NCBI GenBank assembly: GCA_965153285.1
Contig: OZ229115.1
DNA length: 64,000 nucleotides
Origin: Podarcis tiliguerta
Taxonomy: Eukaryota
Direction: 5' to 3' (one strand)
Shown here piece by piece: positions 23,475 through 35,473 of this stretch (position 1 is the first letter of the stretch; the number at the start of each line of letters is the position of its first letter). The notes under the pieces are model-generated. The model searched no databases. It saw only the letters and a program-made list of their open reading frames with translations, and was not told the DNA's origin. Made by a program: the position numbers and the translations under genes.

Positions 23475-24696
23475 CTGTAAGAAAGAAACAATGCTGTTGA
23501 GTTGCAAAAACACAAGTAAAAAGGCCCTTTGTTTTGAACAAGCAGAAGCTTCAGAATTTCCTGAAGTGTTTGTTCTGCGTTTTCCATTGTATGCTATGCT
23601 CCAGGGGAAGGCGAAGGCGAAGCACTGGCTCAGCAAGTCAGCATTGTTCTAGTACTGGAGCAAACTCTAGATTCCAGAACCAGTGGGGGCAGATTCTGGG
23701 AGCCTGGAGATCAACGCTATGCATGATATATTTCTGAAGCATGGTTTGGGGTCTGTGTGCTCAATGAATGCATTCTGACGTATGTGTGGAGCTTGCCTAT
23801 GCTCGCATGCACATACCTGCCGCCACCACTCGTGATGACTGGATACCAGCCATGCTTCTGAAAGAGGCTCATGTGGTTTGTCCTTTAACTGTCCCTGTTA
23901 TGGCTTTGGATTAGCTGCTGGGGCCATGAAAATATAGCTGAGCATCCAGGCCTATTCAAAACACCCCACATGGCAAAACATTTTTGAAATGGTGGAAGCC
24001 TATTGTGTGAATGTTTATGTACCTAGAGACATGTCAAGGGTACTTCAATCACCTGCAGTTCCCAGCTTCTCTCCGTATTCTGCCCATTAAATTCCTAGTT
24101 CCTCCTGTTACATGAAGGCTGTGCAGATGTTTCTCAGTTTGCCCTTGACTCCCAGTTTATCCTTCTCAGTCCATCTCCCACTACAGATCTTTCTCTCCCT
24201 TTTACATAAGAGAAGTGCTTATGGTAAGATAGGCTAGTTGAAGGATGCCCAGCTTTTACTTACATAAGTGAAACAAGGCCAGCCAGGAGAGAAGTATTCT
24301 AAAATACAAGCCATTTATAGTGGAATGTATTTGCACACAGAGCTTTGTTGATCTAGTCATTCAATTAGTGCATTGCTTAATTGATCACTCAACTGCTTGC
24401 GTTGCAATACATTTCTCAATATTATTGATTTACTGATGAAGAACTACTGTTTCACTCTGTTCTTCTCCAAGGTTTTTTTTTTGTGTGTATGTTTTTAACC
24501 AAACCAAACACTGGCATGATTATTTTCTGACTTTGTTCCAGAGACATTTTTAAGTGTGCAGCTGATGTAACAGTCCTGCTTCTGTGTGCATATGTCAGCC
24601 ACTATAACTGGATTTCTTAGGAGTTTGCTTACCTCTTCAAAATGAATTTGAGACAACTAAACTTGAGTTTTTCCTGGTGGTATGCAATGGTACACA

Positions 24697-24749
<53 letters not shown>

Positions 24750-27700
24750 TTATTATTTATACCCCGCCCATCTGGCTGGGCCTCCCAGCCACTCTGGGCA
24801 GCTTTCATAGAAACCAAAAATACACTAAAATATCACACGTTAAAAACTTCCCTGAACAGGGCTGCCTTAAGATGTCTTCTGAATGTCAGGTAGTTGTTTA
24901 TCGCTTTGACATCTGCTGGAAGGGCGTTCCACAGGGCGGGCGCCACTACCGAGAAGGCCCTCTGCCTGGTTCCCTGTAGCTTTGCTTCTCGCAATGAGGG
25001 AACCGCCAGAAGGCCCTCGGCGCTGGACCTCAGCGTCCGGGCAGAATGATGGGGGTGGAGACGCTCCTTCAGGTATACTGGACAGAGGCCGTTTAGGGCT
25101 TTAAAGGTCAGCACCAACACTTTGAATTGTGCTCGGAAACGTACTGGGAGCCAATGTAGGTCTTTCAAGATCGGTGTTATATGGTCTCGGCGGCTGCCCC
25201 CAGTCACCAGTCTAGCTGCCGCATTCTGGATTAGTTTCCGAGTCACCTTCAAAGGTAGCCCCACGTAGAGCGCATTGCAGTAGCCCAAGCTGGAGATAAC
25301 CAGAGCATGCACCACTCTGGCGAGACAGTCCGCAGGCAGATAGGGTCTCAGCCTATGTACCAGATGGAGCTGGTAAACAGCTGCCCTGGACACAGATTTG
25401 ACCTGTGCCCCCATGGACAGCTGTGAGTCCAAAATGACTCCCAGGCTGCGCACCTGGTCCTTCAGGGGCACAGTTACCCCATTCAGGACCAAGGAATCCT
25501 CCACACCTGCCCGCCTCCTGTCCCCCAAAAACAGTACTTCTGTCTTGTCAGGATTCAGCCTCAATCTGTTAGCCGCCATCCATCCTCCAACCGCCTCCAG
25601 ACACTCACAGTACCACCACCTTTTATTGGGAAGGAGGAAGGAGGGCTCTTGGACCCTGTCACAGCATTGAATCTCCTTCCCTAAGCTGGGCAAATGCTTC
25701 CTGGACTTGGGGAAGGAGGTGCAAGGCTCTGACAGGATCCTGGAGCCCTTCCGCCTCCTTCCCCAAGAAGGAATCGTTCTACATGTAATTGCTTTTCCTG
25801 GCCCTGAGGAAATTTTGCACCCAGGGCAACTGACCAGAGTACCGGCACCTTTCTTTTCTAGAAACAAAGTACTGGTGCTACCCCACCCTCCACCATGCTC
25901 CACTACTGCATTGCTTCTTCAAGTTCCTAAACACAGGTCCCAAACACATTTCACAGTGGTGGCTGAACCTGTACTTCTAGTGTTGTCATCAAAATTCTTA
26001 CTCCCTGGCTTGGAAGTATGAACCTCAGAGCCGCATGGCGCTTGCTTCAAGTGTAAGGTCGCCCTGTAATTCTTATCCAGTTAAGATTTTATTTAATCCA
26101 AGTCTGTGCAGAACTGAACTCCTTTGCCCCCTCATCACATATTTCAATTCATAGTAAACCCAGGGTTTGAATATGCATTAGAATGTTTATGGGATGGGTT
26201 CCATGCCCCATTTCACTACCAAATCAAAGCGCTCTGACTAAATACCCATGGACCCTGGACTGGAGTTCAGACAAGGCACACTTTCCAACTCAAGTGTGGA
26301 ACAAGAGTCGTTATTCATCCTCAATACTGGAGAAATGTGACCCAGCACTACAGCACTCAGTCTTGTTATTTCCCCAGCATTTATCCCTGTTAATTTTCCA
26401 CTGTCACACCAAAGCAGAGAACCAAGTAACAAAGCCAGGGGAGAATAAACTTGCCCGTTACTAAAGGCAATTGATCCTGCCGTTTTTAACTTGCCTGCTG
26501 GGGCGAAAAGTTGAGCCTACACGATAAACGTAGAATAAGGAGAAAAGAGAAGAGCAGACGCACCACTGTTTCTCAGGATGCGCACCTCTGCTGGGACTCC
26601 ATCTCCTCCTGGACCAGTCGTCCTGATTTGCACCACTGCATGAGTAGAGTCTTCTGGAACCATGATCTCAATCCAATTTTTGGCGGCTGTGTACAGAACA
26701 GGAGCTGAGTGCGGGTCCGACTGGTACAGCATCTATTGGGAGGAGGCATGTTGAGGTTTTTTTTTTAAAAAAAGATATTTATTGACATTTCAACATATTA
26801 CAAAAATAAAAAAGAATAAAAAGAAAATACAAAATAAAAACAGTTAAAAACAGATCAGTCTTTCCATATCTTATCTTTCATTTGCTTGTTTCCCTGACCT
26901 CCTCACACCTCCCTTTCTTGTATTCCAGTTCAATTAGTTAATTCAGCAAATCCTTTCCCTCTTTGATTTTATCTTAATATATTATAGCTTTAGATTATCA
27001 CCTGTTAACAATCCATTTTTACATATTCCTTTATAACATTGCTGCTAAAAACCACTTAACTTCAATCCAACATCATTCTAACATTCATTAATTTTGCAGT
27101 ATTTCTGTAAATAGTCTTTAAATTTCTTCCAAACTTCTTCCACCGACTCTTCTCCCTGGTCTCGGATTCTGCCGGTCATTTCCGGCAATTCAATATAGTC
27201 CATCAGAGGCAAATTGAGTTTACTGTTGTTGAGTCCCCTTCAATTTAAGGATCACTCCCATCCCTCAATTATTTTTAAGGAACTAGTAGTCACAGGGGCG
27301 GCATGTGCGTTTTCCAATATCTTGCAGAAGACTCCTGAGCCTGATCTTGTGTAAATTTACTTGGGAGTTAAGCCCTTGTTCAGAAATCAAATGTTGATGG
27401 GACTTACAGATAAGGATGTGTAGAGTCACAGCTACGCATCCAGAGAAAATGGAAAGCTGCCCAACGGATGCAGAACCACAGGACAGAGAAAGAATGGAGC
27501 AGCCTTTTAAGATCTGGATTTAATTCCCCCAGGAAAGCTTAGTGGTTTTTAATGTATGTATTTGATAGTTGCCTTAGTTCCGTGCTGCACACAGCATTTT
27601 ATTGTGCTGGTTGTGTAGCTGGACTTTTATGCCGGTTGTCTCTTAAGTTTATTGTGGTTTTATTGCAGTATGGATTTACTGTTATTTTTTATTTCATTTA

Positions 27701-30700
27701 TTTTTTATTTGTGCAATGCCTAGAGCATTTATTTTATGAGGAGTCTCGCTCACTCAGTAAATTAATGAAATACCACCCTGCCACCCAGTGTTATTTCTCA
27801 GGGGGGTATACTTTGCACTGACTTATTATACTGCATTTCAGAAGTTAAGAATCCTCCAGCCAAGGGCAGTGGTGGAGGGGGGAGACTTTCTACAAGTTAC
27901 CTTGTACCCAGTGACAGCAGACTCATCTGAATTGGCAACCACAGGATCCCACTTGATGCTAATGCTGGTGCTGGAAAACTTCCATGAAATGTTGCTTGGT
28001 GGCCTTTTTGGTGCTAGAGGATACAAAATGGCAGAGATCTTTACTACAGCAACAGAAAGCAAGATAGAGGCCTACAGACAATGCTTTGGCTGATGAAATC
28101 CAATCCACACAACCCTTCCTGCCACCTGCCATCTGGCTACCCATTCTACAAATCTGGGAGCATTCCCTCTTCTCTCCCACCCATTCCTCCTGTGCTCCAC
28201 TTTCTCCCATCTCCTCAGTCATTCTAGCCCAGGCACAGGCAAACTCCAGCCCTCCAGTTGTTTGGGAATACAATTCCCATCATCCCTGACCACTGGTCCT
28301 GTTAGCTAGGGATGATGGGAATTGTAGTCCCAGACATCTGGAGGGCTGGAGTTTGCCTATGCCCACTGGTGGAGGAAGAGGAGTGCGGGGGGAATGCACC
28401 ATCCCCGGCAGCGCGATACCGGTGTGGTGCCATCGCAGCTCCCCCCCCCCGCCTGAGCTGGGCGCCATGCCTCTGCAGGTGCTGCGCCACGCCCCTGGAA
28501 CGCGTGCCTGTCCTGCCCCCACCTGCTCTCTGCTTCCCAGTGCGGGAGTATGAAGCTCTGCCACTGCCTATGCCTGTTCTAGCTTCTTGGGAAAGGGCTG
28601 TAGATCAGCGGCAGAGCATGTAGAAGGTCCCAAGTTCCACCCCTGGCATCTTCAGGTAAGGCTGGGACTCCTGCCTGAAGCCCTGGACAGCTGCTGTCAG
28701 TCAGTGTAGATATTTTCTAATACTGAACTAGATGGACCAGTGGTCTGAGTCAGTATAAGGCACCACCCTATGTCTCTCCTCCCACCTTCTTACTTACCTT
28801 CTTCTTTTCTCCTCAATTCTTAGTCATCCCCATTGCTCTCTCCCAATGTCTCTCTTCCCTAATGTACATGTACAGAATACACTGAGCCCTCATTGCCATA
28901 AAGATGATACAGGGAAAAGTTGCTCCCCTCCCTCTCCAGCTCTAACTCTGGTAATTGGAAAGGGAATCCTCTCCGGGCCAGTTCTACCACAAGGCACAGT
29001 GTGCCATATGCATAAGGCATCAGATTTTGAGTGTCATTCAATAATGACAAATTGCAAATGTTAGAGGAAGCCACTCTGGGATGGATCTACTGGAAATTTG
29101 GCAGCCCAAATTTACTCTGCAAGGACTCATTTGCTTGCAAATTTCATCCACTTATGTGAAAAGGGAGGAAAATGGTTAACGTCATTTGTAGCTTCTTCAT
29201 GATATTAAATTGGGTGAAACAAAGCTTTGGACTTAACACATCAGATTCGGACCCAATTCACAAATCAAATCAGATGGATAGGGATCTGAAACAGATCAGG
29301 CTGCTTTCAAATGCTATGAATACAAGGCAAATGTTGTGGTTGGGGCACACCCTTAGTCAACACACAGACAACCCCCTTCCCCCAACACTATATAATGTAT
29401 ATACTGCTTTCCTATACAAGAAGATAAACCCAAAGCAGCTTGCAAGTTAAAATAAATAAAACTATCATAGATGCAACACACATTATAAAGCACAAAAACC
29501 ACAGTAATAAAAAGGGGGAAAAGCAGGCATCGTAAGCTACAGACACACATATCAGAGGTGACTGAAGTATTTACAGAAAAGAAAGGCAGCTTCATCTAAT
29601 GCTCACTCACGTGGTTTTGTAGTCATGAAACTGGTGGGAGGACTGGCTGGCCCAGTCCCAGCCCGGTTGTAAGCCCTGACAGCCACACGATACTTGGTAT
29701 TGGGTTGGAGGTCTGTTACACGTGCTGAGTTGACAAGTCCCGCAGTCCTCACTCTGTCAGCAGCCTCCTCTTTGTCACCATGTTTCCAGTACCGGATCTG
29801 AAGACAGGGACACATGGCAATCTGAGCTCCTTTGACACTGAAGTGTTTTATTTTTAAGTCAGCAGTAAGACTATTTCCTCTGAGCAGCCCATATCAACTT
29901 AGCCGCAAGAGGAGATTCTGTCATGTTATCAGACTGAACTGAGGTGGCTCTGCAAACAGTTGCTGAGATGCCACCATGCCAGTCCAATGATTCTTTTTGT
30001 GGGGTTGTCTCTGAACCTGAGCCTTGCTCCAGATCCACTCCTTCCTCTTTCTTCTTACCTCATAGCCCAAAAGGACTCCGTTCATTTCATGTTGCTCCAC
30101 GGGATCCCAAGAAAAATCTGCTTCTGTGGCCGACACTGCCTTGAGAGTAACGTTAGAGGGAGCCACTCTTGGTTCTGTGGACATACAACAGCAAAACCTT
30201 GGAATTATGGGCAAATCTAATCCAAGTCTAGAAATATCTGCAAGGTGCAAAGATCAGGAGCCAGACACTTGGCCTCCTGTCAATGGGCAAGGCAGGAAAC
30301 AACTCTTGAAATGCTATTGATCTGGTGCTCTTGAGAGAAGCATCAGGTGGAAATTGAACTGAGCCGAAGCAATACTCGGAAGTATGCAATTCACCCTTAC
30401 GATCCCAGCCTACCTTCCTCCGCAGAATGCACAATGGAGACCAAGCTCTCTGGCCCCTCCCCCTTCCTGTTGAAGGCCTTGATCTTCACTTCAAAGGGAG
30501 TATAGGGTGCGATGCTCTCATTGCGATAAACATAATGTAGGGATTCCGCATGGGGCACGCTTGCTGTCTTCCACACCTGAGTGCCTTCTTTGCGAAAAGA
30601 GAGCCGATATCCAAAGCCGTCTCCATTTTGGTACTCCCGTTGCATTGGCTGAAAGGCAGGTTGGGACCAGTTGAGGGGGGGGGGGACAAAACACAAAGAC

Positions 30701-32552
30701 TCCACAACATTGGTCTGGATCCAGATTTCACATACACATGACATGCTTTATACAGATTTATGTACACAACAGTGACATGCCAGCTGGTCAAACGAGCAAG
30801 AGAACAAAAAGGAGGTAAAATATGGACTCGGGTAACACACTTTAAAATCAAGTATCCTTCTTAGAAACGAGAAGTACTTAGTAAGGTTATCTGAAGACTT
30901 GTAATGATAATTTTTTTACTTTTCTAATTTAAATTTTGAGGTGTTTTGTAATGAGTTATATTAGAATTGGAAGATATATAAAGTGCTGTGATATAAAGGT
31001 TACTTTTGAAAGCCAAGAAGTGGGAGGGAAAGGAGTCAGTAGGCTCTAAAGAGCCAAATAAGTTAAGTGGGTAACAATGATGTGACTGTATATGTTTAAA
31101 TGGAAAATTACTAAAAAATATTTTAAGAAAAGAAAAGAAAAGTACTAGTCACATGGAAATAATCCCGGATCCTTCTTTAAAGGATTTGTGGGATTTGACA
31201 TCTTTCTGCAGGGCCTGCAAGACGGAGCTGTTCCGCCAGGCCTTTGGTCGGGGTTCAGTCTGATTCTTTTCTTTCTGTATAAGAACAAGCATTAAAGAGG
31301 CCTCCTAGCCCACTCGCAGGTCCTTTATAAGACCAGTGGTAACAGTTGGCCCTAGAGAATATTAACCACTCTCAATTTTACCCATGGATTGCCATCTGTC
31401 CAGATTTTAATTTGCTCTGAACTAATTTTAAGATGTATTTTAATTAATTGATTGCCTGTTTTTATGTTCTTATGCTCTTTGTATACTGTCTTAGTTTTAT
31501 GATGTTAGCCACCTGAGCTAACTACTCCTCCTCCTCCTCCTCAAATAGGGATCTTTTTTTATATAGAAAACAAAAGCCTATATTACTCTCAATTGATAGA
31601 TTTATTTTACAAACACGTGCAAATTGAACTTCTTTATTAACTACTTTATCTGCATAATAGGATGGCAAATGGTGAGCTGGCACCAGAAGTGGCCTGGGAG
31701 GTAGTGGGATCCTTCCAGCAGTGGAGGTGCCACATGTGGCACATGTGCCCTAGAACATGGACTGGGGGGCAACATCAGCCAGCAGGTGGACTACCTGAAG
31801 TGGGATCCCTGCCCAATGCTGTGACAAACTCTGGTAAGCTGTAACCAAAGAAAGCTGCGGTCATTGTCAACCCCTACTATTTCCATGTATTTGTGCTCCT
31901 GAACAACAAACATGCTTTGTCGCACATAACACACAGTGATTATTTTGCCTACTCCCAGAAGAAATGCAAAGAAAAACAGAGAGCTGTCAGCAATGAAATT
32001 GCCCACTTTTGTGTGGCTGGCTTACCGCCCAGTTGATGATGAGTTCTCCAGGTGCTCCTCCTCCTCCATTGAGCCCAGATGGTGCAACAGTAGGGGCTGG
32101 AGTGATCCCCCCCAAAGAGAGGCAGAAGATGACATGTTAAATCGGAAAACAAAAGTCAAGCAATACTAAAGAAAAGCACCATTTCAATAATTAGAATCAA
32201 TCAACTACATCATAAAGAAGGTATATTCAGGTAAATTGTCCCACTGAACTTTCACCTGTGAAATATGAGTGTCAATTTTTAAAAAATATGTAAAGGACAT
32301 CACTTTGAAAAGTCTAAGGAAGTCCAAGAATGCATGCACTTAAAAAAGAAGGCCCAATAGATCACCACAAAAACTTTCTGGAGTTTTAAAATCAGATGTT
32401 CTAGTCCTCATGAAAACGTGAAGGTCATGTATCTTGTAAGTTCATAAGCTGAAGCAGCAATTGATTGTGACAACCACTGGATCAAAATAATTTCTGTGAG
32501 TCATTCCATCATTATAAGAATTCTGATAGCACCATGCAGTGAAATAACAACA

Positions 32553-32583
<31 letters not shown>

Positions 32584-35426
32584 CTTCTTCTTCTGGCTTT
32601 GGAAAATACCTTATTACATTTTTTACCCCACCTTTCTTCCCAAAAGGAGCTCAGGACAGCATACAACAAAAGTACAGGCACAATAATTAAAGAGTTAAAA
32701 TCTGTTTCAGAATAAACTATAACTAAGATAGATAAATACAGCAGGTGAGTGAAGCAATTTTGTAAGAAGGCATTTTCAGATGACACCAAAATGCCGATCA
32801 GGTGGGGGAACAGCTACAGCTCTACAGGGAGGGAGTTTCATAACCACAGGGCCCACCAGACAGAAGACCCTACCCTGCATTACCACTGGGTGGTGTACTC
32901 ACCAGCTTCTTTGGTGCGGATCTTGGTAGAAGGCACACTGGGTTCTCCCACTCCAAGGATGTTGCTGGCCAGGACCCGAAATTCATAATCCATCCATGGT
33001 ATGAGGTTGGCCACTTGGGCCGTCTCTGCATTACCTTCAATATTTGCAGGATCTATAACCCAAAAGCACGAGAATAGAACAAATAGAGCAAGCAGTGCTA
33101 AAGGAATAACAGCGAAGCCTCCTACTGAAGCCTGTTCCGTGTGGGCCACTGCCCTCAAGACACTTACTGGTGCGCACTTGCTTCCACTTGGAGAAGAGTG
33201 GAGTGCGGGCCTGGATGACATATTTGGCAATGGGGCTGTGGTTATCAAAGCCTCGGCTCCAGCTCAGCTGCACAGTGGTGTCCTTGATGTCCCTCACCAC
33301 CAACCCGCCAGGTGGCCCTGGAGGACCTACCAAAAAGGGAAGAACAACAGACACAATGACATCCCAGAACCACGTAGAAGAACATTAAGCGAGAGGACTT
33401 TTGCTTCATGATACGTGTGCACATAATGCCTGCGCTAAAGGATCTGCACTTGCTGCTGTTTAGTTACTGAGCCAGATTTAGGATGTCCATTTTCCTACAT
33501 AAAGCCCTGAACAACTCAGAGCTACATCTTCTTCTGTACAGATTGAAGTCTGCAGATGGAGCCATCCTGACTGTACCAGGACCTATTAGGGGGGCAGTGC
33601 AGAGGAGGGCACCTGCCGTATGGAATGGGCTTCTCCATTGTGGCACCTGCCATATGGAATGGGCTTCCCATGGAGATTAGGTGAGCACCAATCGTGTGGT
33701 GTTTTTGCCACCAATTGAAGTCACACCTCTTTACCAAGGCTTTCCCTGATCCTCAGTATCTTCCTATATAAAGAGAAATGTAAGGCTGTCATCACATAGC
33801 CCCCGTTGAAGGATTTGTAGTAACACACCACAATTCTGGATTTGCATTAAGTAAATCTTTCCACCTTGTTAGAAAAAGGTTCCATCTCTCTCTTTTGCTT
33901 TAGAATGCAATTCTATATGTGAATGTGTATATTTGTATGAAATGTAACTGGGCAGCCCTTACTATGAGATCAGCCTTTGCCAACCCTCTAAATACTTTGG
34001 ACTATCTTTAATGATGGGCACTATAGCCTAAAACACGTGGAGGGGATCAGGTTTACTAGACAGAGACAACTTTACTCTGTAGCTTCACTAGTGGGTGAGT
34101 TGCGTGGCAAGATAAATATCCAGCTCTTATACTGTTTTGTGGAGAATATAAGTTGTCTGTCTTTCTGGGAGTGGGAGCAAGAGCAAGTGCAGGCAGAGGG
34201 CAACTTGTTTGGACTTGTCACTGCAAAAATTGTGGGGTGATGGGACAGGAAAAATTACCTCTTACAACCAGCAATGCTGACTCAGAAGCACTGTCCACCA
34301 CTGTCTGAGCTGTGCAAGTATATCGACCAGCATGTTTCAGCTGAGCATTCAAGATCAAAAGGTCTCCAATGTTCTCTTTCTATGATAGAAGAATCAATAG
34401 GAATAATGTCAGAACCAAGCTGAGAAATTGCGGCATGCAAGTTTAAAAAGAGGAGAAAGGCAACAGAAAATCAGGCAGCATCTTAGCAGTGGGCAAATGA
34501 TGAGACCTATCAGAGGACATCCCAATGAAAAGGTAGAAGGGTAATTGGTTCTCCTTGAATTGTGACCACCTTTCTGGAAATTACAGGGCATCGTGGGATT
34601 TGCAGTACTCACTGTACTAGCTCGCTTGTAGTGGCCTTCGGACTTGACAAAGTCGATGAGAAAGTCATCCAGGAACCAAGTAAAGGTGAGGTCCATTGTT
34701 GGGTCATGAGAGGCACGGCATTGAAGGGTAATATTTTCACCTACATTAATGTCAGCACTGGATGGTGCGAGGGTGATTTTAGTGGCATCTGCAGAAAAAG
34801 CAGGTGAGATGATCGTTAGTTGTCAATAGTTGTTTGTGCATATCAGTTTTCATTAATATAACACGGGCACAGAAAAAGGTGAATGACATCTGTCTCTGAA
34901 TACAGATTTGCTGGTGAAAAAAATAACTAGAAACTAGGAAAGCCCAGAGCACCTCAGTTATGGTTCTGCCATCCCCAAAGAATCAGTGAGAAGGGCTGCA
35001 ACACTGTCGTCTTGAACCAGTTGTATCTTTTACTGTGTGCTTAATGTGGTTGGAAAGGAAGGAAAGCCCACTTTAATTACTTCAGTGAACTAGCAATACA
35101 CTCTTCTCTTGCTGTAGTACTTGCAGGGCAGAAATGATGGCAAAATGTATTGTTGATCTTTCCATTATTGCAGTGTTTCTCAAACAGCACGCAGGGACTC
35201 GCCACATGGCCTCAGTGCCACAGCTTGCCCAGTGTTTCCTCACTTGCCTACCCCATCCCTAGCTATGCCACAGCCTTTCGGCTGGTCTAAGCTCAGCCTC
35301 AATGATTCCTTGCATGATGGGAGAAAGAGAAGTCTGAGGCTAATGGGAGAGAGGGAGGGTCTCCCTCTTCTGAGGGGAAAGTGCCAGAGGAGGTGCTGAA
35401 GGAAATGAGAAAATAAGATAATACTT

Positions 35427-35473
<47 letters not shown>

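Noticed and set aside
24629-24893. Poly-N/L/I/R ORFs here and at about 32500, 35400 and 49800
   Set aside because: These are translations of trinucleotide microsatellites or LINE tails.
24833-25903. 356-aa ORF as a host gene or domesticated protein
   Set aside because: The C-terminal part (about 257 aa) is L2 ORF2 bounded by a TSD at 25606. The N-terminal part is flanking intron that happens to be in frame and resembles no known domain.
33608-33671. About 31-bp tandem duplication
   Set aside because: Only two units, inside a decayed L2-like remnant; it is not an array.
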